Below, in pieces: positions 1-13,461 of a stretch of 64,000 nucleotides of DNA. Position numbers and translations under genes: made by a program. The DNA is taken from positions 164,240 through 228,239 of the forward strand of contig NMRA01000649.1 of assembly GCA_002633005.1 (NCBI GenBank), read 5' to 3'. Source of the DNA: Phoronis australis (lineage: Eukaryota > Animalia > Phoronida). Below the pieces are notes generated by a model. It saw only the letters and a list, made by a program, of their open reading frames with translations, was not told the DNA's origin and searched no databases. Within the stretch, counting starts at the first letter, position 1. Each line of letters starts with the position of its first letter.

Positions 1-1756
1 TACTCTCGAGCCAAATGAACCCATCCCAGGTCAAGGGGCACACCTTAACTTAGTAACGGACGTTTTTTGTTCAAGCAGACTCTTTCAGTTGAGGTTATCG
101 TTCAAACATTTCAACGACAAACAGTCATTGCAGATCGCTTAGCACGAAGCAGGTAAGGCAGTGTAGCATGTGTCATGGGCATTAGGTGAGCTTAATAGAC
201 AAGGTCGATCCCAGTTTGGGCCTGGTCAAGTGTGCGTGTCTGACATTTTTAATTTTCGAAATGCTATGTCAGTCATGATACCTTGTACAGGACAGGTGCC
301 GAAACAGAACTTAAGGTGATGTATAAAAAACCTAGAAAAATTTTATATTTAGCTACGTTTTGTGCGTCATATCTCATAAATGACTGACCAAATTGATAAG
401 AAACTGTGAGATAAAATTTGTATACAGTTTTCCAAAGTGCTGTTAGGTTCCTTTGATAAAATGTTCCACTGATGCACGAGGGCTCACACAAAAACTTGTT
501 AATGTTAAGGAAAACTTAAAAGCTGCAATTCTTCAGAAAACTTGTTTAAGATTTTATGCTTCAAACCCATAAATTATCCGAAACTTGGACACGTTATTGA
601 TACCGTTGTTTTGCTATAAATGTACTTTATACTATATTGCTAAATTTTACAAAAAATACATGGTCACTCGTACTCCAATTAATGACACATTGGAAAAAAT
701 CAAAATTTACTGGCTTTCTACTTTTAGAGAATATTTAATTTACTTGGTTACAATCAACAGTTTTGTAGATATTTGGCAAAATACACAAGATTTGTCAACA
801 ACGTCTTACATTAACTTAACCACTAGAATTAATGACGTATATAAATTTATCCACGCGACAAGCTACGGAACAACCGCACAGGCGTATTCCAAGAAATATG
901 CAGCGTTCACACTCACCCCGGGTGTGAGCTCATCTTTTAAAAGTAGGGGTTATAGATGAGTTCCCAAATATGGGGCGTTATACCTGCAAAGAAAATGAAA
1001 ATCTCGGACCCATGTTTGTACCGAAAGCTCTTGTGCCGGCCCCGTTTCTATACCTATTGGAAAAATGCGACCTGTGTTTGTAGCAAAAGCTAGACTCTGT
1101 TCTTCATTCCTATTCCTATTGAAAAAAGTTTTAAAACATTGCCCATATTTATACTTCATATGCAAAAAGACTAAAAAGTAATGATGGTTGCTAGTCGGGT
1201 GGCTGGATTTGCCGTCTTTCAAAATTACGTCAATATTCATACCATGCAGAGAAGTGTCTTGCAGAAACTTATATCAAACAAAAGTAGTCATTTATCGTAC
1301 CAAGGCTTAAGCTAGCTAAAATGGCACCCCATGTTTGCACCAAAATGTTAAGAAGCGACATGAATCAAAAGGGAGAAATGGCTCCCATCTCAGCGGCACG
1401 TTCCCACGTTACACTGACCACCCTTCTGGATACGCAAGCACTGAGGAGTTCAGAAATTCGAAGAAATTTCGAATACAAAGAGATTGTTGTAGTATATCGG
1501 TCAATTACAAATGGTGTTCAGAAATTCGAAGAAGTTGCTAATACAAAGAGACTGCTGTAGGCGATCGACGGTCAACAATCATTTCTATTATTAGACTAAA
1601 GGAACATTGTTTAGTTACATTCTCATACGAGAATTTTATTTTTATGGCTTGACATGACCCCAAGGTAAATCGATCTTTCAACCGGTTAGGTCTAGGGGGA
1701 AAGTATGACTCACATTGCATATGCTATAGTTCGACTTAGTCAAGATAAGAGTTGTG
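1..1756 (-). repeat. Copy 1 of an old unclassified repeat or decayed coding region (homologous to ~47900-49825)
   Basis: Long collinear similarity, e.g. cattaggtgagctta.tagacaag.tcgatcc and aaggtaaatcgatctttcaaccggttag in both copies; shared minus-strand peptides RPNRLKDRFTL and IIEMIV(D/V)..SPTAVS. Confidence 0.8.
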
Positions 1757-1982
1757 CAATGTATAGTAATGGTTTCAAACGGTAACCTAGTGGGTTGATC
1801 TAGTGTCGTGCGAAATTTCTTCCCCGTGAAATTTCTTCCCAATCTGACTTTGCGCATGCGCAGATTGGCCAGGTTGGCATCCGGTTTTGAGAGCGTGAAA
1901 TATCTTCTCTACGCTACAGTGAAACAGTTGAGTCGTTATCTGTTACGAACACGAATATTCCAAACGATTTTTGCAAAGCTGC

Positions 1983-2110
1983 ATGATCGTAAGTACAGTG
2001 AGAGTGACGTGAAGAAGTTTTTGGAGGATGGGTCCCTTCCATTGACTTTGACGAACAGTCAGCGCAAGGCTTTACGAAGTTGTGCCAAGGACTTTCGCCG
2101 TTTCGGTTAG
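1983..2110 (+). pseudogene. First exon remnant of Ginger/GIN-type integrase
   Basis: VKKFLEDGSLPLTLTNSQRKALRSCAKDF resembles the YL..G.YP....K..KR.LR..AK.F segment upstream of the H2C2 finger in Gypsy-like integrases; gtaagt donor at 2111. Confidence 0.55.
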
Positions 2111-4627
2111 GTAAGTCCACTGAATGATACTGCAATTATTATTGACCCTGGTTTAAAAAAATTACGTGAAATCTGTTGAGCCTACATTTGCTATAATAAA
2201 ACTGAAGTATGTTTGTTGTTGTTAAGCAAGGGTATCATGTCATTCGTAAGTCAAACCCTGTACTGTAGTACTGCACTACTCTGCATTTAGCCAATATCTT
2301 TGCATATTACTCCAGCCTAGGATTAGTAGACACCCTGGAAATGATATATTTTCTAATTCTAAATGTTGGGAGTCAATAGATTTTGATTTTAGTCTGTATA
2401 TTTTCTGTGTGGTATTAATTAGCTGAGTTATGCGACCGACCATGTATTGTTTGATTTAAATGAAGGTAAAATCACAAAAAAACCTATTACCAGTTTTCTA
2501 AATTATCTGGGTTAGAACAAACAATTTGAATAAAAACTATCAGGCAAGCCTTGCAGTGTTTAAGATCTTACTAAAATAAACACTTCAGTTGGTTGTTACT
2601 AGTTCTCATTCAGAATGTTGTACAGTATTATTCAGCATTTATATATTGTGGGTTAATGAATTTTATGCCATTTAGTACGCATCTAGTTGTAATGACTTCC
2701 TTTATTACTTATTGAGTTTAGAAAAAGCTCATAACATTGCTTCGCAAAATTTCTCTTGTAGTTGTGTTGTATGCTGTTGCTGTTCTACCTCATTAGCCGC
2801 TGGCTGAGACTGCAGTCATAGAACATGATGCCAAAAGCTTGTCTTGCTGCATGCCTTCAATTCGGTATAGTATAATCTGCGGCACTGGGGGTTTCTACGG
2901 AAAACTTCTTCATGATAATGAGTTGGACATTCTCATGTGTTCAGTGTCCTAAAATTAAGTTGTGATATCTGATGGTGATGCTCCGGACAGGATCGAGATT
3001 TGCCTGCATTAGAATAATTAGGTCATTCTAATATGGACAGTCTAGGCTCGTGCTAGCCGTTTGCCACCATTGGCGAGTTCTGAGTGGCACTGGCGATGGT
3101 GTAGCTAAGTCCATTTGCCAACTTAGCGAATGATTTTGCAGCTTATTCATAAGAATTTATTTCGAGGAAACCTACTCGTATGTCGACTCACTGTCAAGTT
3201 ATGCTGCAAACAACATCCGATTCGGTGTCCTAAAATTAACAAGCAAATGTTCCATTTCTTGACCATCACTCCCCTTCAAGTCATTCTTTTACCGCAAGGA
3301 AATGTTCAACTCTGTAGGGAAGTAGGTGATGTCGCTTGTGGCCTGCAAGTCAAAACGGTGAACAGAAGACTATTTTCAGCAGCAAACGAGATCCAGTCTC
3401 TCAATAACTTTTTACACTCACAACGTGGTGTGAGCGAGTCCGAAGAATTTTAATACCGTTGAACAGAACCCGGGGCATAAAACTGACATCTCAAACATGC
3501 AATATGAACTCAACCTTTAAATTTACTATTTTCATATTACATGAATCTCTCCTTATTCGTTAAGTAACTTTACCAGTTTCAGCTCACAATTAGTCGTGTC
3601 AAATATTAATCGACACTAGACACTGGCAGTTTTTTTTTCAGGGAGTCATCTAATTTTAAATCAAAATTCGTCACCTGTCATACCTAATCAGCTCGCTAAA
3701 TGTCGCAAGTGTAAAATCAGGGCCCTTGATTATCCAAGAGGAAAGGTGCCCTGCTAATTTGTTTAGGTCAACATCATTTCCATGTCCATGTGACCGGCAA
3801 ACACACGCAGTAACTCTGGTATAGGGGGAGCCATGTCCAAACTTTTTAGATCGTAATAACGCCCATGTTGGCTGACATTCCCTCCAACTTAATAGGTTGC
3901 TTTATGACCTTGGAATGTTGATAATTTGCTTTTTGTTGCTAAGGCAGACGTCTTTTCTTATAGTACATTTATGAAAAGGACCTGTGCATAACATGAAAAA
4001 TAAAAGTTCGTTCAGCGTAACTGTGTTTTTGTCAATTGCTGGGTTTGGAAAAAGAGATAGTACTTGGCCAATAATTTTTGAAAATGGTTTAATACCTTTA
4101 AAACTTAAGCGCGAACCTAGAAATGTGGCATATTGGAATACAATCGTTTTGCTCATAGTTGTGCTTGTGGTTAGGCCATTTGTGTAATGGCTCTGTATAT
4201 TCTCATTTTGCGTCCAAATTTCTTGCATACTTTACAAATAGTCAGGTAGTATAATTCTCGACTTCTATTTTGCTTCCTTTTTTCTTTGCATTGAGCAGTT
4301 TTGAAAGAACAATGTTGTTGTTCAGGTTGGTTTTCAATCATTCAATTTATTTTTCAGTTTTACTACGTTTCATCTGTTCTCTGGCTTCGCACCATGGGTA
4401 CTATTCATCATAAGCATATGGATATGGATCTTGAAGCGGCAATCAATCTAAGAATAGCCGTGACATCTCTGATGAAAAGTGTCAAAAATGATTCAAATGG
4501 TGAGAAGTGAGGAGGGGTCAGACGGCATGGCCAGTTTTCCCAAAATCAAGTGGTAGATTGGAAATGAGTATATCCGCCTGCTTGGTTCGAATGTCACCGA
4601 CAGGCAGGCTATTCCAACAAGAACGTA

Positions 4628-5127
4628 CCGTAAACTTGCGAGTTAACGCCCTGGGCGCTTAAAGTGGGAAACCCTTAGACAGGGGGATGGGCCATTACCC
4701 AAGCAGTGGGCACTTAAATGGAAAAATTGGCAAAATGTCGGAGGTGGGCAATTACCCAAGCAGTGACCGCTTATGTCCAAGTTTTAGCGGAACTGGGCAA
4801 GCTTGCGGATTGTTCATTCAAGCACGGAACTTGTATGTTTGGTCAAACAGCAGGACCTGACAGCCACAGCGTGCTGCAAAATGTCATATCACGGAGCCTG
4901 AATGTCATTCCACTTACCGTATCAGCATGGGTTTGAGTGCAAGTTCTGTAAGCGGTATGTTGGGGATCGGCGATTACCCGAGATATGGACGCTTACGTTG
5001 AAATTAGCACAAAGTAGGGGATGGGGGATTACCCACGCTGTGGGCGCTTTTAAGTTTAAAAACTGAAATTGACTAAAAGTCGGGATGGGCGATTACACGG
5101 GCATGGGCGTTATTCGTGATTTTGCGG
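4628..5127. mobile_element. Tc1/mariner-type MITE nested in the Ginger-like element
   Basis: ta|ccgtaaacttgcgagttaacgccc ... gggcgttattcgtgattttgcgg|ta: imperfect TIR, TA TSD, internal repeats of ggg(c)gattaccc..g..gtgggcgctt. Confidence 0.75.
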
Positions 5128-6269
5128 TAATTGAAATGGAACATCTAAACAGTGATAGTGATGAGTCACGTAGTTTTGATTATGTGCTTTTGTTATACAT
5201 GTGTTTTAAGGAGTTACACCACCAAATTGTATGACCACTAAGGTATGTGTGAATATCTGTTATTTGTATTTATGCATGTGAATTGTTTTGATAGGCTGTA
5301 GCTTCATCCATCATGCAGTCTGTCCTCAACGTCGTCAAAGCAAGAGGAGTCAGCAGCATACGTCGTGACCACGCAACATTGTCCATGTCTTCTGCACACA
5401 GCAGGTACTTTATTGCAGCAGACTTCTTGGATTCAAATGCAAATATGTTTCTGTACTTAAAAGTTGGTTTAATGTCCAACAAAATACTGTAAACTTTTTA
5501 CGGCAGTTTATTGTGTCTGTCTAGGAGTTATTCTACACACCTGCATAAATTTGTCACTGTCTTACGATCATACTTGGAGTAAAAAATAACAAGCGAAGTA
5601 CATTCTGAATATAACTAACCACTACCTTTACCAACAGCTTTGATGATGCAATTTCCTTATTTGTGTGTGCATTTAGGAATTACTGCTGATAGATTTTAGA
5701 TTAACAGTTTCTGGTTCTAAATTGGTTGCTTGATGACGCATTAAAAGTCTGCGTTCTGGGAAGTTAGTGGGAGAAAAACAGTTTGTGAAATTGGCAGATT
5801 GGAATCGCTAAATGATGTACGTGGAGTTGTGATCTTGACCTAAAGCAACTTGAAAAAACTGCATGCGTGCATTTATCATAAGTGTGACAGACATTAGAAA
5901 CTCTGTGGTAACCACAGAGTTTTCCTTCACGTGCATCATTTAAAATCGTGAGTTTTGTGATTTCTTCTGAAAATTGCCTCACAGGTTAAAGTGAAATTCT
6001 CTACTAGACGTCAGCAATTGTTGACGAGCATTCACTTGCCTCTTTAAAGAGATGTGGAAATTTGTCCCATTATCGGAAATTCATAACCACATATTATGCT
6101 GATTTCTTGATTTTTTGTGTACTGTTTAACTTCTGATTTTCTTCGTTTCCAGCTGCGTTGCTGTATGGACAAGTCTTCTTCAAGGTTACGACACACACGC
6201 TTATGATGTTTTCAAATGGGTACCTAAAAATGCTAGTTCTTTGGCTCTTGTATATAATCAAGTAAGAAA

Positions 6270-6770
6270 ACATCTCTTTATGGTCCTTAAATTTTCAATA
6301 CACATTGAGAAAAATATTTTATACAATTTTATAGACCCCCATAGTTGTAGACGTTGAAAGCGATTGCGTATTAGAATATTAGGGACTTAAGTTGCGGCCT
6401 CAGTTATCCTAGCTTTTTGCTTCTCACAGCTAACCAAGTTAAGGATTATGTGTTTTTGTCTTCAAGGATTTTATTAGACATTATGAATATGTTCTGTGCC
6501 AAGTTTCGTAGATGAGCTCCAATAATTGTTGATTTTGAAAGCAATTTTGGTTTGAATATGTAGTAAAATTTGTGTGAATTTCATTATTGGTCCCAGCCAT
6601 GTTAGCTTTTTGGCTCCCAAAGGTAATCAAGTTAAGGAACCTGTGGTTGTGTCTCCAAGCCTTTCATTAGACATGATGAATATGCACTGCACCAACTTTT
6701 GCAGATGTACTCCAAAAATTGTAGATTTTGAAAGCGATTTGGTCCAAGTTTGTTCATAAATGTTTACGAT
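6270..6770. repeat. Degenerate tandem repeat, ~190-bp unit, about 3 copies
   Basis: Motif ttgt(a/t)ga(c/t)(g/t)ttgaaagc(g/a)att at ~6345, ~6526 and ~6719; caagttaagga..tgtg and cattatgaatatg-like motifs also recur. Confidence 0.55.
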
Positions 6771-9700
6771 TTTCAGCTGTTGCTCCATATATGCTAGGTT
6801 TTTGGATTTCATATTTAGCAAGTTATAGAACACCTGTTTTCTTGTAAAATATTTACTGACTTCTCAATAAATGAAAACTTGTCTGAGCATGTTTCACTGC
6901 TAAGCAATAAACTTATAGGTAATAAGAACTTTTGATTGGGATTCTTTGGTGAATCAACTTTACCTCGACCTTGAAAATTGAGGGTGTAATAATTTTTTAA
7001 CTTCAATTATGTCACACAACATTTCAAGGTAATGTCCGTTTCGTTTATGGGCCTGCAAAGTATTCTGGGCTTAGAAAAATCAGTTATCTTTACACAGATG
7101 TATATAAATTGGCAAATGCATTGGGATAATTCCTTGAAGGACAAGTTTAAACTGGATTGATAACTCAAAAATAAGTGGGAAAAATTAAATATTAAACCAA
7201 AACCGGTGGAGTATCACTAATTTAGGGGTCTGTAATAGTGTAGTGTTTAAATACACACTCACACACACCCATATATAAATAAAGAGTAGACCTCCATGCC
7301 TTCGTTTTATGAAGAAAAAAACGAGCGTCAGTTCCAGTCTTTCTGGTACCAGCCAGAATAAAATCACATTTCGGGTACGTTGAATTATTTTCAGTTTGAC
7401 GTTATAAGCGATTTACATCAGGCCGGTAGACTGACAATTTTCCGGCAGGAGCGTCTCGCGCAAATTAAGTATGAAAACGAAATATCCTGTTATTTGACAG
7501 ATCCGTGATCAACAAAGAATACAAAGTCAAGCAGTTTTGCAAAAACATTTAATTAAAAATAGGATACTAAATTGTCAAGTTTTGCCACAGATACCAAGGC
7601 CTTCAATTTCTTTGGTCAAGAAATAATTTTCTTCGACATCTTTAGTCTTTGCGAATTGTCAAGTCATTTTTAATAGGCCTACGAATTGATAACTTTGTTT
7701 GTTATATGGTTTGATAGGCACCTTATTTCAATTCACGCAGGATAGTCGTTCGTCTCGTTCCGCATGAAGTAAGTAATTCTCACTACATATATATTTGCAA
7801 GTTCCTTGATATACTTCACTATGGAACATAACAGACTTCAAAAATAGTCTTGTTCATCAAGGATTGATCTCAGGCTTCAATTTCGGAGCGCTCAGGGCGC
7901 ATTCAAAGATTTTTAATCTGAAATGTTGTCCTTGGCGAATTCATTGTGTAAATATTTTACTGCAATTTTTACCAATTGTAGCTGTGATGGGCCATTTTTC
8001 CCACGCCGTGTGATTCTGTAAAATGATCCGAGTTGTTAATACTTTTCTTGTTTCTCGCTATTTATTTCGCTTACTGGAGCTTTCCTACCCAGAGTTTGAA
8101 CATTTCCTTTTTTCCGAATCTTATGAACTGAATTTCATGGACAAAACAAGGTTTCCAATTTCTGTGTTTTCTTTTAGTGTTCAACAACATTATGGCATTT
8201 TAGTAAGACTTTCTGAAAGCTGAGGTTGATGATGTTGGAACGCTATTTCACACAGAACACCTCCTGGATCATCGCCTTCGGTCAGAAAAGGTGTGCGTCG
8301 ATTATTTTAACTTATTACGTACTACAACAAATGATATTGCCTTACTGGGAATATACCCAACCGAGTATTTTTACCCATTCGAGTATTTCTGACATATTCT
8401 TGAAGGAAAGTCTTTATAAGCGAAAAAACCAACTCAGATCGAGTCACGACGAAGAGCGTCTTCACCGCGACGGCCTAAGGTCGGGCAACGCCCAGGCCAG
8501 GAAATGAAATTCAGAAATATGAATCAATTATAAGTATATAGTCTACAGTAAGTCACTTTTTGAAAGAGCTTTTTACTAAGTTGCCTTTCAAGAGAGGACT
8601 ACCCGGTCCGGATGCAGGAAATTCCCCGGCAGTCAGGGGCACGATCCAACCTAGCTACGGGATTTCTCCCCGCAAGTAGAGAGAAAGAGAGAGCGAGAGA
8701 GACAGAGGGTGACAGGTTGATTAACATAAGTAATATTAGCTCATAATACAATTTACAGAGTACAATAAAACAAACAAAAAACATGATCACAACCCGCAAA
8801 GTATAGGCCATATGTGCGCAAGGCTACTGACCGGCGACTGCTTTGAAGTAAATCTAATAACAATTCATTTATCAATGTCTAACATAACAACGACAATATT
8901 GACCAAAATCGTTACATTATCACACACGTAGTGAACTTCTGTTTTAGGCTTATTTTACAGCTGTCCTTTGCCGTCTTCGTTGGGGAATAAATTTCACGGG
9001 GAAGAAATTTTATGCCTTAGACATAAAATAACTTCCCCTCAATACCGCGCATGCGCAACAGGGTCAGATTGGGAAGGAATTTTACGTGACACTAGCTCAA
9101 CTCGGGTATTTGGGCGTGTCTGGCGGGGCTAACCCACCGCAAGATTTGTCTGGCCGTTTTCATTCGCGATACCTGGGCTCACGGTGAATATCTTGCAACT
9201 GGTTTCATGCGGTTACCTCGTGGATTGATCTAGCTCATTTTTACCTTGTTTATAACCGTCTGGCTGATACTCCCCACCACTGAAACTGTCTGGCGGTGGC
9301 CAGTTTTGATACAGTGCATTACGCAGTAGGCACTGAAGGCATTTAGAAGTGGTTACCAGAAAAGTTGATTTAGCTCTTATTTTGAGTGTAATTCTCTTGG
9401 CTCCCCTGACCACACCCACCAGAGCGAACCTGCAAGACGGCCATTTCCAAGCATGAGCATCCATAGAGCACTGTGGCACCAAAGAAAGTTGGTTACCTTT
9501 TCATGACTTAAAAAGCTCTGGAATCCAGATCTATAAGGCTGTATTTTTGCACGTCACTTAATTTGGTAAAGGTGTCGGAAACCTCCTCTATCGAGTCTGT
9601 TGCTCGGACGAACTCGGCGAGGTCGTGTACCATTGACACTGATTTGTTGTCAACACCAGGTTTTTCTTCATTGACTGAAGATTTATTAAGTGGGCCTAGG

Positions 9701-11444
9701 CGTACGTGTACTTATTCCTGCCTGTGAACAGACACCCGTGTCCATATTGAGGTTTTCTGTAAAAACACCGTAGTTAAACGTCTGTTTTTAGGAACAGAGG
9801 CTATAGTGAAGCTGAACGGAAACGAGTACAATTATGTGCATCATTATGCATGTCAATCAAACGATCCACAAGTACAGTATACATTGTAAGTCTCAACAGA
9901 TTCCGCGATAGCTTTCGATGTGGAATTTCAAAAAACGTGATATATATTGCCATTAGCAACAACCAAATTTGCATATAACAAACCTATTTTCTGCTTATTC
10001 GTCCATTGGTCGATTTTAAGACACCCACTAGCTGCTTTTTGAGAGCTCTCTCTCGCTGCTGCTTACTGCCAGGCATGTTCGTTAACTAGAATGACCCTCT
10101 TACCCCTTGGTGAAGTCATCACGAGAGCACTGATTCACCGTAAAATGTTACATTTTACGTTGGTACGCCTCTCCTATAATGTAACAAGTTGTAATTGTTA
10201 CAATTTGCGTCTGATGCACATGCAAGAAATGTACCAGTGTTACATTTTACGAATACATATTCAAGAGTTTTCACGATATTTGTCACTCGGAGGGAAACGG
10301 TTCACACATTTAACGCCAGCTTTCCCGGGTTGTTGAAATGAAATTCTGTCAAATGTGCCAGCTCGAATTAATAGACGTGTCCCTATGTGAATTCCAATGT
10401 TTCTTAACACGAATAGTTTTATTGGTATAGCAGTTGCAGATCTGCGTTTTCAGTAAAGGGGGGATTAGGATTCGCGCGAATCCGAAATGTACAGCCGCGA
10501 GTAGGAGGAGGTATGGAGAGGGTTTTTGTTGCCAATTTTGTTTTCCTGGGGACATTTTCTTAATTTGTATTTTGATGTTGTCCCGGGGACAACTGAAGTT
10601 CAATTGATGAAAACGTGTTTATTTCATCAAAAACAAATTAAACAAAAGCATGAAGTTCATTACATATCTATATTTCAAAATAACCACCTATCAAAAAACG
10701 CTGACAAAAATCAAAGGTGTGATATGTGGATATTGCTTTTCTACAAAGAATTCCACTTGCCTACTGGAATGCTCTCGGAGAGGCAGTCCGAACTAAAACT
10801 CAAAATTCCTTAAACAATACACGACATGCCACCTCTTCAAACTTAATTGATAAAGACTTACTCGAACACTGATATTTAAGTTTAAAACATTTAGTGTAAC
10901 TGTGACGGGACGTTCGTAACTTTACGGTTATTGTTATTCTTATTTAGTTGCAAATGTTCAGTTATTCTTATGCTAATGTCTTTGTTGCATCTCAGTGCGC
11001 CTTTGTTTCGTGGGCCATGCGGGCGCGACTGTATGTGTCGGGCACTTCGCTAGCGACAGGCTTAGGAGAAGGGAGTTTCCTTCCTTTACTTACATGAAAT
11101 TGATCGTCATCATGTGTAACTGAACTGAACGTATGCCTGATGAGGAAAAATACACATTTTTGATGCTCAGTGGAGACTTGCTCTGTTACATAACATAGAC
11201 AGTAAAGCCCCAATTTTGTCAATTTGTCTTGACCCAGCAGATGAAGTCCACAACAGACGTTCATTTCCAGTATATCTTTCTTATGTGGTACCACACTAGC
11301 CCGCAGCTGATCACAGGACCAATCGATAACCACGTTTGCCACCACCTTTTTATAGCGGGACAATATCTTTTGGATTCCTTTGCTTAGACCGCTGTGTTTT
11401 CCAGCTGTTCTGAAAATCTCATGCTGAACAGATAGATCAGTGTA

Positions 11445-11909
11445 CTAGTTTACAAAATGGAGTTTGTCGGTTACTTCAGGTCGGATGTACAAAGGACACA
11501 ATGATCGGTACATTTCAGGGTCACAAGTATGCCTGTTGCATTGCTCAAAGTGTTTTTGGACAATGTGACAGAATGCCGTACTTACTAACGACAGCGAATA
11601 TGTATTTTTTACATTTGCATGCCAACTTTCAATAGCGACCTTTTCCAGCAGCTCGGGAGGGTGTATTTGTACCCTGGCATTTTCTGTTATGCCTCTTATC
11701 ATTTCCCTGCCTTCATCGGTGACCCCAAAACCGGCAGCGATGCTCTCTCCGCAGAGTTCTTCGTTTTCTATCTCTTCTGTATCACCGGCATTATCTCTCT
11801 CTTTGTTAGTCGCGTACGCCTCTCTATCTAAAACGACGTCAACGAAAGACTCGTTTTCTTTACTTTCTCCCTCTTGTGTACCGGTATATGTATTTTCTAC
11901 GTACATCAC
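11445..11909 (-). pseudogene. Acidic linker followed by an F-box-like motif
   Basis: Glu-rich stretch, then IHPPELLEKVAIESWHANVKNTYSLSLVSTAFCHIV resembling the F-box consensus LPxELLxxI...L.LSLVS+.F..+V (~11555-11670). Confidence 0.5.
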
Positions 11910-12029
11910 CTCGTCACTAATATTTTCACCAACATCTCTTTCCGGTTGTTCCTCATAATCCTCATTTATGTCCTCACCTTGATCGATACATTGTAAAAGG
12001 ATGTTTAGAGTACTGTCCTGAACGGTAAT

Positions 12030-12395
12030 AGAAAGATAGTGCTCCCCTTCACCTTCTGGAAATAACCCAAAGGGAACAATGGCAAATTCCAGTGATTGAC
12101 ATAATGGTGGTGTTGGTTGGACCTCTACTCGACACTGTTAACATCTGCATGCTGTAATGACAGCACAATGCTAAAAGTGTAAGATGGTCACCACAGAAAT
12201 TAGTCTTTTCCATAGATCTCGTGTAATCGTCTGGCAGCCCAGCAATGAAATCCTTAAAGGCTGCACAGTGCTCACGAATGTAACCAAATGCTTCTTGCCG
12301 CAACTGCAAAGGTGTAAGGTGAATAGATATCCTAAGGAGTTGATGTGCTAAGACTTCAAACTAGCAACTCCCTGCGGCTTCACAGGGGTCTAGCA
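12030..12395 (-). pseudogene. OTU-family deubiquitinase domain, decayed
   Basis: AAGSC*FEVLAHQL...LQLRQEAFGYIREH..FKDF...DDYTRSM...GDHLTLLALCCHY....LGY/PEGEGEHYLS contains the OTU Cys-box and His-box; one stop and one frameshift. Confidence 0.8.
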
Positions 12396-12539
12396 ACACT
12401 CGGACGCCATGATGAGCCTGGAGGAAGTCACTGACTATGTCCTGGTGTTTCTTTACCACGAAATACTTCTGTCTGTGCTTCTGCTTCATAAGAATTTCAT
12501 GACGCACATCTTGAGACCTGTTTTTCCAAAGACTTTGCT

Positions 12540-13317
12540 TAAAAGAAGTCGTACTCGTGACATCCACTGCTGAAAACCATTCGACAGCATTCGACGTTTA
12601 CCAGGTCTCGAAAACCGAACGCAATACTTTTATTTTACGATTTTTCTTTGTTCAACTCGTAATTTACGCGAACGTTACTCATACTAATTAATTTCATTTG
12701 CCATCTCTTGTTTCTAATCTTAGCGGTTACAGGTGTAGGGTAAGCGCGATTGTTTAACTTTGCGTAAGCTTTTTGGTTTCGCTTTGATTTTGACAAACAG
12801 TTTCTGATAGTGTCCTCGGAAATATTGGCATACGCGTCCTTCAGTTTATGAGAAATAGCTCTTGTTCCGCTGCCAAAGTTTTTGTGGAACTGTGTATTTA
12901 CAATTTGTGAGACTGTATCTTTTGCAATAACTTCTTTCATTTTATAATACAGTTTACCCTCTTTTACTGAGTAGTCTTTAATTCTGTAAAACTATACTTT
13001 TGCAGTGTTCTGCTCGGCTGTACGCTGCTTTACAAGTACCTTAAACGTCCCTGATGCTAACTGCGTGATTGTGTCATATTGCTGTCGCGTAATTAAGCGA
13101 ATATATTCTGAACAGCGTCTTCTCTTTTTGAAGACTATTTCTGTTTTCCTAAATCGAAGGGCTTCATTCTGTACCTGAAAACATTTTGAAAACATAAGTA
13201 ATAAAACAAAGCTGTATGGCAACGCTGAACATTATCAATAGCTGTATGTGACGGATGATTTGACATTTGTTCCATATTAGCATTAATGGGAACTATTTGT
13301 CGACCACTTGCATTCAA
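12540..13317 (-). pseudogene. Integrase N-terminal region; DDE core apparently deleted
   Basis: VSQIVNTQFHKNFGSGTRAISHKLKDAYANISEDTIRNCL...PTPVTAKIRNKRWQMKLISM resembles KRBA2/SCAND3-type integrases (GxG..YANI...RxQxDLxxM); broken by stops. Confidence 0.65.
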
Positions 13318-13461
13318 ACACTAACTGTGGTAAGCAAAATATGAAATTAACAGACCATCTAAACACGCTCACCCTTTCGTTGACAACTGAGAATTTAACG
13401 CTCGACTGTAACAGTGAGATTCTTGTCACTTTATGAGAACACCTTACAAACGTAGCATCAC

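Larger units (their letters stand above)
1804..9091 (+). mobile_element. Ginger-like DNA transposon, non-autonomous or decayed
   Basis: TGTC..GACA ends with imperfect TIRs (aaatt.cttcccaatctgac..tgcgcatgcgc at both ends; aaatttcttccccgtgaaattt inverted at ~8989-9010). CTAG duplicated at 1800-1803 and 9092-9095. First exon resembles a GIN/Ginger integrase N-terminus. Confidence 0.8.

Noticed and set aside
8600-8675. tRNA-like sequence on the minus strand
   Set aside because: Only a loose A-box resemblance; no B-box or cloverleaf.
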